DNA of 64,000 nt from Trueperaceae bacterium. GTDB taxonomy: Bacteria; Deinococcota; Deinococci; Deinococcales; Trueperaceae. The DNA lies in the NCBI GenBank assembly GCA_034520945.1, contig JAXHNB010000006.1, positions 672,001 through 736,000 of the forward strand. The letters are read 5' to 3'. The stretch's first letter is position 1; each line of letters begins with the position of its first letter. Positions 51,062 through 61,424 of this stretch are shown one piece after another. The notes under the pieces are model-generated. The model ran no database searches. It saw only the letters and a program-made list of their open reading frames with translations, and was not told the origin of the DNA. The translations under genes were made by a program, and so were the position numbers.

Positions 51062-53278
51062 TTGGCACGCCAATCTTCGTCGCATGGATGGGCGCTCGAA
51101 GGTCGAAGCGGCGCCTGGGCATTCGCCGCCGTGGCGGCAGCCAGCCTGCTGACGCTCCCGCTCGGTCGGCCGGACCGTGCGCTGCTGGAGCTCGATCCGG
51201 CGTTCAACATCTGGAACCTGGCGGTGCCCCTGTTGTGGGTGGCGCCCGCCGCCGCGATCGCCGCGACGCTGGTGTCCTTGTCGCCGCTACGAAAGGCCGT
51301 GCGGGGGGAGTTCCTGACGGCGTGTGGCGCGGCTGGCCTGCTCGCTGGCATCGGGTGGTTGATCGTGACCGCCACGCCGTTCGGCATCGGCGCTGTGATC
51401 GCCCTGGCGGCGCTGGTCATCGTGACCGGGTTCGGCCTCAGCGAGTCGGGACGGATTCAGGGCGACGCCTTCATCGCCTCCAGCATCCTGTTCGTCGGCC
51501 TGTTCATCGTGCTGTTGATCCTGTACCCGCTGCTCACGGTCCTGCGTACGTCCGTGGTCGTCGATGGGCAGTTCACGTTCCAGAAGGTGCGGGAGACCCT
51601 CGGTGGCCCGCGCTTCCTGATGCTCCAGAACGTCTACTCGCCGCGCAACGAGCTCGCCTGGATCGGCGGCTTCGGCGCCGCCGGCGTCGCGCTGGGGGCG
51701 GTATGGGCGGCGTGGCGGCGGCTGCGGTGGCCGCGGGCACTGCGGCGTATCGCGCTGGTCGGCATCGTTGGCCTGTCGCTCGGCATCATGGTGTTCGGTC
51801 GCGGGGCCATGGTCACCAGCGTGGTGCTCGCCATCATCGTTGCCACGTCGGCGACCCTGCTCGGTTTGGCGTTCGCCCTGCTGGGACAACGTACGCGCGT
51901 CGGTCCGATCCGCCGTTCCCTGAACGCCGTCAGCCTGCTGCCGATCATCACCCCGCCGTTCATTCTGGCGTTCTCGATGATCTTCCTGTTCGGTCGGCGC
52001 GGCATGTTCACACACGACGTGCTGGGACTGTCCACCAACTTCATCTTCGGGATCCCCGGCGTGGCGATCGCGCAGGTGCTGGCCTTCACGCCCATCGCCT
52101 ACCTGGTCATCCAAGGCTCCGTATCCGGCCTGGATGCTTCGCTGGAAGAGGCGTCCACCACGCTGGGCGCCAACCGTTGGACCTTGTTTCGGACCATCAC
52201 CTGGCCGCTGCTGCGGCCGGGCCTGGCCAACGCCTTCCTGCTGTCCACCATCGAGTCGTTCGCGGACTTCGGCAACCCGATCATCCTGGGCGGCGACCGC
52301 CGTTACCTGGCGACGGAGGTGTTCTCGGCCTTCTCGGCCCGCTTCGACCCCAGCGAGGCCGCCGTGTACGGCGTGGTCCTGCTGTTCATCGTGTTGCTGG
52401 TCTTCGCCGCGCAGGCGCGATGGTTGGGCCGAAGCTCGTTCGTCACCGTGACTGGCAAGCCGTCGCAGGGACGTTTCGTGGCACTGCCACGTGCGCTGGA
52501 GGCGGTGCTGGTCGGGTTGTTCGTGGTGTGGTCCCTGATCGTGCTGGCGCTCTACGCTTCGATTCTCTATGGTTCGGTCGTGAAGCTTTGGGGCGTCAAT
52601 ACCTCGTTGACGTTGCAGCACTACCGCGACCTACTGAACACGGGCTGGCCCACCTTCCTGTACACGGTGCGGGTGGCGGTATTCAGCGCCATCCCCGCGG
52701 CGCTGCTGGGGTTCCTGATCGCCTACCTGGTGGTGCGCCATCGCTTCTGGGGCCGGCGCTACATGGAACTCGGTTCGATGTTGTCGTTCTCGACGCCAGG
52801 CACCGTGATGGGGATCGCGTACATCCTGGCGTTCAACACCGGCCCGTGGCTCCTCACCACCACGACCGTGATCCTAGTGCTGGCGCTGATTTTCCGCAAC
52901 ATGCCCGTCGCGATTCGTGGCGGAGTGGCGGGACTTGCGCAGATCGATCCCAGCCTCGAGGAGGCTTCGACGACACTCGGCGCGTCGTCCAGCACGACCC
53001 TACGGCGGATCCTGCTGCCGCTGCTGATCTTCCCATTGCTGGGCGGGCTGATCTTCGGGTTCGTGCGCGGCATGACGGCCATCAGCCAGATCATCTTCCT
53101 GGTAGGCCCCGGCAACATGCTGGTCACGGTGCTGCTGCTCGGCTGGGTCGAGCAGGGCCAGAATGGGCGCGCAGCGGCGATGGGCTCCCTGTTGATCGTG
53201 TCGATGTTGACCGTGATCCTGCTCCTGATGTTGCTGTCGCGCATGCGTGGCGTGCGCACGACGGAGGTGATGCCGTGA
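51062..53278 (+). CDS. Fe3+/AfuB-family ABC permease (double domain)
   Basis: LPIITPPF, two LEEASTTLGA EAA loops and ADFGNP. Confidence 0.93.
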   Translation: MARQSSSHGWALEGRSGAWAFAAVAAASLLTLPLGRPDRALLELDPAFNIWNLAVPLLWVAPAAAIAATLVSLSPLRKAVRGEFLTACGAAGLLAGIGWLIVTATPFGIGAVIALAALVIVTGFGLSESGRIQGDAFIASSILFVGLFIVLLILYPLLTVLRTSVVVDGQFTFQKVRETLGGPRFLMLQNVYSPRNELAWIGGFGAAGVALGAVWAAWRRLRWPRALRRIALVGIVGLSLGIMVFGRGAMVTSVVLAIIVATSATLLGLAFALLGQRTRVGPIRRSLNAVSLLPIITPPFILAFSMIFLFGRRGMFTHDVLGLSTNFIFGIPGVAIAQVLAFTPIAYLVIQGSVSGLDASLEEASTTLGANRWTLFRTITWPLLRPGLANAFLLSTIESFADFGNPIILGGDRRYLATEVFSAFSARFDPSEAAVYGVVLLFIVLLVFAAQARWLGRSSFVTVTGKPSQGRFVALPRALEAVLVGLFVVWSLIVLALYASILYGSVVKLWGVNTSLTLQHYRDLLNTGWPTFLYTVRVAVFSAIPAALLGFLIAYLVVRHRFWGRRYMELGSMLSFSTPGTVMGIAYILAFNTGPWLLTTTTVILVLALIFRNMPVAIRGGVAGLAQIDPSLEEASTTLGASSSTTLRRILLPLLIFPLLGGLIFGFVRGMTAISQIIFLVGPGNMLVTVLLLGWVEQGQNGRAAAMGSLLIVSMLTVILLLMLLSRMRGVRTTEVMP

Positions 53279-54351
53279 GTCTCGCGGCCAGCTTGCAACC
53301 CGCACCGGTCGATCTCCGGAACCTGACCAAACGCTTCGATCAGACCGTCTTGGCGGTGGACGAGGTGAGCCTGCGGATCGAGCCGGGATCGCTCGTGACC
53401 CTGCTGGGACCGTCCGGATGCGGAAAGACAACGACCTTGCGGATGATCGCCGGGCTCGAGATCGCCAGCGAAGGCACCATCCTTATCGACGGGGAGGACG
53501 TGACGCGGCTTCCCGCCAACCTGCGCGACGTCACCATGGTGTTCCAGAGCTACGCGCTGTTTCCGCACATGAACGTGTTCGAAAACATCGCGTACGGCCT
53601 CCGCGTCGCCCGTCGCAGCGAGCCCGAGATCAAGGAGCGCGTGCGGGAGGTCCTCGACCTGGTCGGGCTTCACGACCTCGAACACCGCAGCCCCGGTGCT
53701 TTGTCCGGGGGCCAGCAACAGCGGGTGGCGCTGGCCCGTTCCCTCGTGATGCAGCCGCGCGTGCTGCTGTTCGACGAGCCGCTCTCCAACCTCGACGCCA
53801 AGCTGCGGCGCCGCGTCCGCCAGGAGATCCGTGACTTGCAACAACGCCTCGGCATCACCAGCGTCTACGTCACGCACGATCAGGAAGAGGCGCTGGCCAT
53901 CAGCGACGTGATCGTCGTGTTGAACGAGGGCCACATCGAGCAGGTCGGTTCGCCGCAGGAGCTGTACACGAAGCCGGCCAACCGCTTCGTGGCCGACTTC
54001 ATCGGCGCCGCCAGCTTCCTGCAGGGCCATTATGACGGCACGCATGCCGAGGTCGCCGGGTACCGTTTCCCCCACGAGCAGGACATGGAGCCGGGTCCCG
54101 CGACGGTGATGGTGCGCCCCGAAGCGATCGAGGTGATGCGAAACGCCGAGCAGGGCCTGAAGGCGACCGTGATCGCGGCGTCCTACCTCGGGATCGCCAC
54201 GGAGGTGCTGTTGGACACCCCCGCGGGCGAGCTGGCGGCCGTCATCACCGGCGAAGGACGCTCGGACCTGAAGAAGGGGCAGGAGGTCGGGGTGACCTTC
54301 CGGCCCGCCGGGTTGTACCTGTTGCCCGAAGGGGGCGACGCGCAGGCCTGA
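53275..54351 (+). CDS. ABC ATP-binding protein (FbpC/AfuC-like)
   Basis: [35 protein letters not shown] and THDQEEA. Confidence 0.95.
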   Translation: MSLAASLQPAPVDLRNLTKRFDQTVLAVDEVSLRIEPGSLVTLLGPSGCGKTTTLRMIAGLEIASEGTILIDGEDVTRLPANLRDVTMVFQSYALFPHMNVFENIAYGLRVARRSEPEIKERVREVLDLVGLHDLEHRSPGALSGGQQQRVALARSLVMQPRVLLFDEPLSNLDAKLRRRVRQEIRDLQQRLGITSVYVTHDQEEALAISDVIVVLNEGHIEQVGSPQELYTKPANRFVADFIGAASFLQGHYDGTHAEVAGYRFPHEQDMEPGPATVMVRPEAIEVMRNAEQGLKATVIAASYLGIATEVLLDTPAGELAAVITGEGRSDLKKGQEVGVTFRPAGLYLLPEGGDAQA

Positions 54352-54363
54352 CGGCGCGACACC

Positions 54364-54807
54364 TCAACGTGGTACGGACGGCCGCGTACCCACGCTCACG
54401 AGGGCCAGGCCGAGCCCCAACATGACCGGCTGCCAGAAGAAGAACGACGTGGTCCCCATCTGCGCCGTGATCCACACGATCAGCGCGACGCCTGCGCTCC
54501 ACCCCCCGTGGACACGCAACCCGCGCACGACGCGAGCGGCCGGCGGGTGGCGGGGAATCATCAGCGCGGCGAGCACCACCAGGGGGTAGACACCCAGCAC
54601 GCCGAGCAGGATCCAGCCGGGCAAGAGGAAGTCGGGAAACGGCGTGCGCGCCAGAAAGGTCACGTCCATTCCCAGGGCCGCGCCGCTGCGATCGCGAATC
54701 ATGGACCCACCCCCCACGATCGCGCCCACGGACAACGGGGCCAGCAACGTGCACAGCACGTACGACGTGACGTTCCTTCGCCACGTACCCGCCATGGCCG
54801 TCTCCAT
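54364..54807 (-). CDS. Hypothetical membrane protein
   Basis: Four hydrophobic helices with GGGSMIRDRSG..LG and TPFPDFLLPG. GGGAG RBS. Confidence 0.7.
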   Translation of the reverse strand: METAMAGTWRRNVTSYVLCTLLAPLSVGAIVGGGSMIRDRSGAALGMDVTFLARTPFPDFLLPGWILLGVLGVYPLVVLAALMIPRHPPAARVVRGLRVHGGWSAGVALIVWITAQMGTTSFFFWQPVMLGLGLALVSVGTRPSVPR

Positions 54808-55011
54808 GCCTAGCTCCCTCGTGCAGCCGTCGATGCGGCAGGGTACGAACGTCTCCATTCTGGCGTGAGGGGGGGGCGGAGATGGCAGGAGCGGATGTCC
54901 CTGCGCGCCCGGCATCGCCCACGCCCACGTGCGCCGAGGGACCTTCGCCCCTGTCAGGCACGCGGCACCGGGACCTAGGCTCTGGGCGAACGCTGGGCCG
55001 AAGGGAGCGCC

Positions 55012-55473
55012 ATGGGTGCCTACCTCCTCTTCGCAGTCGGATTCACGGCCATCCATGCCGCCGCCTACGTGCTGGCCGGCGTCGTGGCGTTGGCCGTCAG
55101 CAAGGATCTGTACGCCGCAAAGGACCGCGTCCTGGACTTCCTGCACGACATGTCGGACCCCGTGGAGAGCCGGCACGTGCAGCGCACCTTCCTGCCCGCG
55201 CAGCTGCTGCGCGGCCTGCTGATGGCGGTGGTGCTGTTCCCGGTGTTGGGTGCGCTCAGCGAGATGTCCTTCGCCCTGCGCACCGTGTTCTTCGCATCGT
55301 TGACGTTCGTGTACCTCGAGGTCGCCAGCTCGATCCCGTTCAGCACCAACATCGAAGGCTACGTGTACATGAAGGCGCGCTACCGGCGCCTTCCCTCGGT
55401 CTGGAAGCTCTACCTGGAAGTGATCCTGTACAGCCTTCTGTTGGGCTTCGCGGCGTCCTGGCTTCTGTTCTGA
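55012..55473 (+). CDS. Hypothetical membrane protein
   Basis: Coding-like codon usage, four TM helices and a GGGAG RBS. Confidence 0.72.
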   Translation: MGAYLLFAVGFTAIHAAAYVLAGVVALAVSKDLYAAKDRVLDFLHDMSDPVESRHVQRTFLPAQLLRGLLMAVVLFPVLGALSEMSFALRTVFFASLTFVYLEVASSIPFSTNIEGYVYMKARYRRLPSVWKLYLEVILYSLLLGFAASWLLF

Positions 55474-56028
55474 GTCAACGAAAGGGCGGCGCCGCCTCAG
55501 TCCCGATCGTCCGCCTAGGGTTCCGGGCTTCCGTGCGCCTCGAGGGGCGCGGCGGCCGTCGCGGGAACCTCGCACACCATTGGGAAGGCGGCCGGCGCGC
55601 AGCCTGCGACGGCAATGATCACAAGTGCCGAGGACACGATGTGGGCGGCACCGATGGACCGGACGTGTCCCTGAAGGGAACGCAGCACGGGCTCGGCTGA
55701 GATCACGGGCATGGGCCCATGATACGCCTTCACGATAGGGCGATGCCGTGTACGCTCGGCCGTATCGTGCCGCCTCGGCAGTCCGACGCAACCTGCGGCA
55801 TTCCCCCGGATGGCCTTGCGTCGCCCGAGATTCATCATGTCGAGTCGGGCGGTCGTGCACGTGGGTGGTCGCCCCAATGGCGCTGCCACATGCCCCGGGA
55901 CGGTTGGCGGTGCGAACGCCCGAAGGAGCATGCCTGGCTGACGTTCTGGCCGCGTTCCAACGCCTGGACCAAATGCCCGCGGACGTCCTGCAGGTCGTGC
56001 TGGACATTGAAGGGGACAAGGAGGCGTC

Positions 56029-57435
56029 ATGACGAAGATCACCTTCATCGGAGGCGGCAGCACGGTGTTCGCCAAGGCTTTGATGGGCGATCTGCTCTCG
56101 AAGCCGCACCTGGCGCACGCAGAGTTGTGCCTGTTCGACATCGACCCCGAGCGTTTGCGCCTGTCGGAGGCCGTCGGGCACCGGCTGGCGGACGCGCTGG
56201 GCGTCACGCCCCGCATCACCGCCACCACCGACCGCGAACGCGCGTTGGACGGCGCCGACTACGCGCTGAACATGATCCAGGTGGGCGGCTACCGGCCCAG
56301 CACCGTCATCGACTTCGAGATCCCCGCCCGGTACGGCCTGCGGCAGACGATCGGCGACACGCTCGGTATCGGCGGGATCATGCGGGCGTTGCGCACCATC
56401 CCGGTGCTGCTGGACATCCAGCGCGACATGGAGCGCCTGTGCCCCGACGTGCTGCACCTCAACTACGCCAATCCGATGGCCATGAACTGCTGGGCGCTGC
56501 GGCGCGCCAGCCCCATCCGCACCATCGGGCTGTGCCACAGCGTGCCGCACACCGCGGACAAGCTCGCCCATGATGCCGGCGTTCCCGCCGACGAGCTGCG
56601 CTACCTCGTGGCGGGCATTAACCATATGGCGTTCTTCCTGCGACTCGAGCACGAAGGGGCCGACCTCTATCCACGGTTGCGGGCACGCCTCGAAGAGGGT
56701 CGCGTTCCGGACGACGACCGCGTTCGCTACGACCTGCTGGGGCGCTTCGGGTACTTCGTCACCGAATCCAGCGAACACCTGGCCGAGTACGTGCCTTGGT
56801 ACCTGCATGTCCGCCGGCCCGACCTGGTCGAGAAATACGGCATTCCGCTGGACGAGTACCCGCGGCGTTGCCGCCTGTACGAGGCGGCGTGGGGCTACAT
56901 CGAAGCGGAGCTTCGCGAGCCGGGAAGCCAAGACCCTGAGGCGCTCCGCCAGCGCCTGTGGGCGCAGGAACCGGACGCCATGCCCAGTCAGATCGACGCC
57001 ATCACGGGCGACCTGGCCGCCATGGACGAGGTACGACCCAGCGGGGAGTACGCGTCCGACATCATCGACTCGGTTCATACCGGGGAGCCGCGCCGCATCT
57101 ACGCCAACGTCCCCAACCACGGCTCGATTCAGGGCTTGCCCGACGACTGCTGCGTCGAGATCCCGTGCCTGGTGGACGGAACCGGTGTGCATCCGACGCG
57201 GGTGGGTGCGCTGCCGCCGCAACTGACGGCGTTGATGCGCACCAACGTGAACGTGCAGGAACTCACCGTCGAGGCCGCCCTGAGCGGCCGACGGGACCAC
57301 GTGCACCAGGCCGCGCTGCTCGATCCGCACACCGCGGCGGAGCTGGGCCCGGACGAGATCGAGGCGATGGTGGACGAGTTGCTGGAGGCGCACGCCGACC
57401 GGTTGCCCGAAGGGCTGCGGCCGGTGGAGCGCTGA
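56029..57435 (+). CDS. melA: GH4 NAD-dependent alpha-galactosidase
   Basis: KITFIGGGS, QTIGDTLGIGG, NYANPM, GLCHSV, AGINHM and VTESSEH. Confidence 0.92.
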   Translation: MTKITFIGGGSTVFAKALMGDLLSKPHLAHAELCLFDIDPERLRLSEAVGHRLADALGVTPRITATTDRERALDGADYALNMIQVGGYRPSTVIDFEIPARYGLRQTIGDTLGIGGIMRALRTIPVLLDIQRDMERLCPDVLHLNYANPMAMNCWALRRASPIRTIGLCHSVPHTADKLAHDAGVPADELRYLVAGINHMAFFLRLEHEGADLYPRLRARLEEGRVPDDDRVRYDLLGRFGYFVTESSEHLAEYVPWYLHVRRPDLVEKYGIPLDEYPRRCRLYEAAWGYIEAELREPGSQDPEALRQRLWAQEPDAMPSQIDAITGDLAAMDEVRPSGEYASDIIDSVHTGEPRRIYANVPNHGSIQGLPDDCCVEIPCLVDGTGVHPTRVGALPPQLTALMRTNVNVQELTVEAALSGRRDHVHQAALLDPHTAAELGPDEIEAMVDELLEAHADRLPEGLRPVER

Positions 57436-57439
57436 GCGC

Positions 57440-57664
57440 CTACTTCCTCAGCGACACGCCGCGCAGGCGGGCCCAGCCCGCCCCGATCGCTGCGCCCACG
57501 ACGAACGACCCGCCAAAGTGCAGCACGTCGGACACCTCGGGGTAGGCGAAATGCAGGGTGGTGCCGCCCAACGCCATGAGGGCCAGGCCGAAGCCCGCCG
57601 CGTACCCGGGCACCGAGAGGCGAGGGGCAGCGTCGTCGGGCGGCGAGTCCTGGCGTGCCTGCAT
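57440..57664 (-). CDS. Small hypothetical membrane protein
   Basis: Two hydrophobic segments. Confidence 0.45.
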   Translation of the reverse strand: MQARQDSPPDDAAPRLSVPGYAAGFGLALMALGGTTLHFAYPEVSDVLHFGGSFVVGAAIGAGWARLRGVSLRK

Positions 57665-57845
57665 GCCCCCAGCATAGATGATGTGAGAAAGCGCTTGGTT
57701 CGAGTGGTGGATGCACTCCCCTGTACCATCTTCGTCGGGGGTCCGTTCGAGCACCGATCCCGTTGCGCCTACGGCCGGATGGGCATGCGGCGGACCGACC
57801 GGCGGGATCGCTGACTGAAGCCCGGTGGCAAGGCGGGCGGCAGCG

Positions 57846-57874
57846 CGAGAGCCCCACGCAAGGTGGGGCTCTCG
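57846..57874 (-). terminator. Hairpin terminator
   Basis: CGAGAGCCCCAC-GCAAG-GTGGGGCTCTCG. Confidence 0.7.
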
Positions 57875-57896
57875 AGGCCAACGGGGGCGCGCGACG

Positions 57897-58652
57897 TCAC
57901 ATGGCCGTGGTGCCGCCGTCCACCATGTAGTAGCCGCCGGTCAGGTAGCTGGCTTCGTCGGAGAGGAGCATCACGGCTAGATTGGCGACCTCCTGTGGCG
58001 TGCCGTAGCGCCCGAGCGGAACGATTCCCTTGAAGGCGTCCTCTTCGGTGGCGCCGACGTTGCTTTCGATGCTGCTCATCATTCGGCCCTTGATGGGGGC
58101 GGGGCAGATGGCGTTGACGCGGACGTTGCGCCCGGTCTGCTCGAGCGCGGCGGTGCGGGTGATGCCGATGACGGCGTGCTTCGAGGTGATGTAGCCGACC
58201 AGGCCGGGTGAGCCGGTGAGGCCCGCGACGCTGGCCGTGTTCACGACGGCGCCACCCTCGGACATGCGTGGAAGCACGTGCTTCAGCCCGAGGAACATGC
58301 CCTTGACGTTGACGGCCATGACCTGGTCGAACGCCTCTTCCGGGTAGTCCGGGATCGGTGCGGCAGGACCCTCGATGCCTGCGTTGTTGAAGAACAGGTC
58401 GATCCTACCGAAGGCGTCGACCGCCTTCTTGGCGTACGCCTCTACCTCCGCTCCATTCGCGACGTCGGCGCGGACCCCTTCGGCCGTGCCGCCAACCGCA
58501 CGAATCGCATCGAGCGTGGCCTCGATCGCCTCCTGGTTCAGGTCGACAACGAGAATCTTGGCCCCCTGCTTCGCGAGGGTCACGGCGGCGGCGCGACCGA
58601 TGTCGCCCCCTCCGCCCGTAACGATGGCGACCTTTCCGTTCATTTCGAGCAT
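57897..58652 (-). CDS. SDR oxidoreductase (levodione reductase-like)
   Basis: TGGGGDIG, FFNNAGIEG and YITSKH. Confidence 0.93.
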   Translation of the reverse strand: MLEMNGKVAIVTGGGGDIGRAAAVTLAKQGAKILVVDLNQEAIEATLDAIRAVGGTAEGVRADVANGAEVEAYAKKAVDAFGRIDLFFNNAGIEGPAAPIPDYPEEAFDQVMAVNVKGMFLGLKHVLPRMSEGGAVVNTASVAGLTGSPGLVGYITSKHAVIGITRTAALEQTGRNVRVNAICPAPIKGRMMSSIESNVGATEEDAFKGIVPLGRYGTPQEVANLAVMLLSDEASYLTGGYYMVDGGTTAM

Positions 58653-58972
58653 GTCGCGCCTCCTTACGCCGGGTCGGGATCGACCTCGGTGATGCGTGAA
58701 ACGCTAGCAGCGGCGTGGGGGGACGCGTGTCCCGGATCAGGCGACTTGGCCACGAACTGGCTCTGGCCGTCCTGCGGTGCAGGGCGCGTTCGGCGCATGC
58801 CCCGACGGCCCGTGGCACGGACGCGGGGTGCGGCCATGGCCGGCATTGGGGACACAGGTCCCCAGGGGTCGTTGGTACGGTCGCCGTGGAAGACGCTTCG
58901 GGCTGGGCGGGCCGGAACAGGTCCGTGCCGACGGGACGAAGCCTGCGATCGAACCGCCCTTAGGAGGTGGTC

Positions 58973-60589
58973 ATGAAGCACGTAGGTCATCACGTGAAGT
59001 CCGACTCGCTGGCGTCCTTCGGGATCCGCGACGCCGCCACCGTGCACTGGAACCTCACCACGCCGGAGCTGTACACCGCCGCCCTGATCCGCGGCGAGGG
59101 CGAGCTAGTGCACCTCGGCCCGCTGGCGGTCGACACGGGACGCTACACGGGCCGCTCGCCCAAGGATCGGTTCGTGGTTCGCGACGCCCGCAGCGACGAC
59201 ACCGTCGATTGGGGCGCCGTGAATCAGCCCATGAGCGAAGCGCAATTCGCCGAGGTGCGAAAGGGCATTCTCGAGGCGACGCGCGGGCGCGATTTGTTCG
59301 TGCAGGACGTGTTCGTGGGGACGCATCCGGAGTTTCGCGTGCCCGTTCGGGTGATCACCGAATACGGCTGGCACTCCCTGTTCGTCCGCAACATGTTCGT
59401 GCGGCCCACCCGGCGCGCCCTCGACAAGCACGAGCCCGTCTATACCATCGTCGACGTGCCCAGTTTCCGGGCCGACCCCGACACGATGGGCACTCGGAAC
59501 GAGACGGTCATCGCCATGAACCTCAGCGAGCGGATGGTGCTGATCGGTTCGACGGAGTACGCCGGCGAGGTGAAGAAGTCCGCCTTCGCGATGATGAACT
59601 TCGAGCTTCCCGAGCGCGGCGTGATGCCGATGCACTGCAGCGCCAACGTCGGGCCCGACAACGAGGTGGCGGTGTTCTTCGGCCTGTCCGGGACGGGCAA
59701 GACCACCCTGTCCGCGACGCACGACCGGACCTTGGTCGGCGACGACGAGCACGGCTGGTCGGACGAGGGGGTCTTCAACTTCGAAGGCGGCTGCTACGCC
59801 AAGATCGAGCACCTCTCGGCGCAGGCCGAGCCTGAGATCTACGAGACGACGCGACGCTTCGCCACCATCCTCGAGAACGTCGTGGTGGACCAAGAAACGC
59901 GCCGCGTCAACCTGGACGACACCACCAAGACCGAGAACATGCGGGCCGCCTACCCGATCAGCCACATCAGCAACGCCAGCCGCGTCGGTTACGCCGGCCA
60001 TCCCACCGACATCGTGTTCCTCGCCGCCGACGCGTTCGGTGTGCTGCCCCCCATCGCCAAGCTCACGCCCGAACAGGTGGAGTACTACTTCCTGTCCGGC
60101 TACACCGCCAAGTTGGCTGGGACCGAGCGTGGCGTGACCGAACCGGAAGCGACCTTCAGCGCCTGTTTCGGCGCGCCGTTCATGCCCCGGCGGCCTGGCG
60201 AGTACGCCTCGCTGTTGGTGGAGAAGATGCGGGCGCACGGTGCCGGCGGCTGGCTGATCAATACCGGCTGGACCGGCGGCCCGTACGGGACCGGTCACCG
60301 CATGTCGATCTCGTACACGCGCGCCATGATCGACGCCGCGTTGGAACACCGCCTCGACGACGTCGACACCGTCACCGACCCCGTGTTCGGGCTTCACGTG
60401 CCGACGTCCTGCCCGGGGGTGCCCAGCGAGGTCCTGAACCCCCGTGGTACCTGGGGCGATCCCGCCGCCTACGACGCGCAGGCGTCGAAGCTCGCACAGA
60501 TGTTCCGCGACAACTTCCGCCGCTTCGAACATCAGGTCTCGGACGCCGTACGGGCGGCCGGCCCGGGCGGGGCCGGCACGTCCGCCTGA
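58973..60589 (+). CDS. pckA: Phosphoenolpyruvate carboxykinase (ATP)
   Basis: TGRSPKD, YAGEVKK, MHCSAN, GLSGTGKTTLS, GDDEHGW and FEGGCYAK. Confidence 0.98.
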   Translation: MKHVGHHVKSDSLASFGIRDAATVHWNLTTPELYTAALIRGEGELVHLGPLAVDTGRYTGRSPKDRFVVRDARSDDTVDWGAVNQPMSEAQFAEVRKGILEATRGRDLFVQDVFVGTHPEFRVPVRVITEYGWHSLFVRNMFVRPTRRALDKHEPVYTIVDVPSFRADPDTMGTRNETVIAMNLSERMVLIGSTEYAGEVKKSAFAMMNFELPERGVMPMHCSANVGPDNEVAVFFGLSGTGKTTLSATHDRTLVGDDEHGWSDEGVFNFEGGCYAKIEHLSAQAEPEIYETTRRFATILENVVVDQETRRVNLDDTTKTENMRAAYPISHISNASRVGYAGHPTDIVFLAADAFGVLPPIAKLTPEQVEYYFLSGYTAKLAGTERGVTEPEATFSACFGAPFMPRRPGEYASLLVEKMRAHGAGGWLINTGWTGGPYGTGHRMSISYTRAMIDAALEHRLDDVDTVTDPVFGLHVPTSCPGVPSEVLNPRGTWGDPAAYDAQASKLAQMFRDNFRRFEHQVSDAVRAAGPGGAGTSA

Positions 60590-60704
60590 GGGTGGGCCTG
60601 GGCGCGCCCGCACGCACGGCGGGCGCCCCCGCGCCGCATCGACGCGGTGCGGGGGCGACGTCCGGTGATACCCTGCCGCCACCCTCACGCCGCGAAGGAG
60701 CCTC

Positions 60705-61406
60705 ATGAAGACCCTCAAGGACAAGGCGATCGTGATCACCGGCGCCGGCGGCGACATCGCCGGCGCCGTGGAAGAGGCCATGGCCCAGGCCGGGGCGCGC
60801 CCCATCCTGATCGATCGCGACGAGATCCGCATCCGCGGACGCGCGGAGTCGTACGCCACCCTCGCCATCGAGGAGGACCTCCTCTCGGCCGAAAGCGCCC
60901 AGCGGGCCGCCGACGCCGCGCAGGACCGAATGGGCCGCGTCGACGGGCTGGTTCACCTGATCGGAGACATCGTGCCCGGCCGCCTCGAGGACCTCGACGA
61001 CGCGGACTACGATCACGCGTTCGACAGCAACGTCCGCACCCTGTTCCATACCGTCCGCGCGTTCCTACCGCTCTTGAAGGCGCGCCCCGAGTCGTTCGTC
61101 GCATCGATCGGGGCACAGCAGGCGTTCCAGGGCGGATCCCCCGGCGCGACGGTGTTCGCGGCCGCCAAGGGCGCGGCCGCCACCATGCTGCGATCCCTGG
61201 ACGCGGAGTTGGCCGACACCTCGGTCGACGTCACCATCATCACCCCCCTGGGGCCCGTCGACACGGGCTCCGGCCGTACGAGGCTGCCCGCTCCCCGGCA
61301 GGGGGGATGGATCAGCCCGCGCGCGCTGGCGGCGGCGTTCGTGTCGGCGGCGCTGGCCGGCGAAGGCGGCCGCCTGCTGGAGGTGCCGATCCACCCGCCG
61401 CGCTGA
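60705..61406 (+). CDS. SDR family oxidoreductase (atypical FxxxK)
   Basis: ITGAGGDIA, GRVDGLVH and FAAAK. Confidence 0.82.
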   Translation: MKTLKDKAIVITGAGGDIAGAVEEAMAQAGARPILIDRDEIRIRGRAESYATLAIEEDLLSAESAQRAADAAQDRMGRVDGLVHLIGDIVPGRLEDLDDADYDHAFDSNVRTLFHTVRAFLPLLKARPESFVASIGAQQAFQGGSPGATVFAAAKGAAATMLRSLDAELADTSVDVTIITPLGPVDTGSGRTRLPAPRQGGWISPRALAAAFVSAALAGEGGRLLEVPIHPPR

Positions 61407-61424
61407 ACGCACCCGCGCGGCGGG

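Noticed and set aside
51034..53274. Long N-terminal extension of the ABC ATPase (1105-aa ORF)
   Set aside because: Alternative frame over the permease. The true start is the GTG at 53275 overlapping the permease stop.
55480..56020. Riboswitch or hidden gene upstream of melA
   Set aside because: No recognisable aptamer consensus or convincing ORF by eye. An Infernal/Rfam scan would be needed.
54808..57393. 1009-aa minus-strand ORF
   Set aside because: Mostly the antisense shadow of melA and the 55012 gene in GC-rich DNA. Only the last ~147 codons look like a real membrane protein.
59105..60868. 587-aa minus-strand ORF
   Set aside because: Antisense to pckA.
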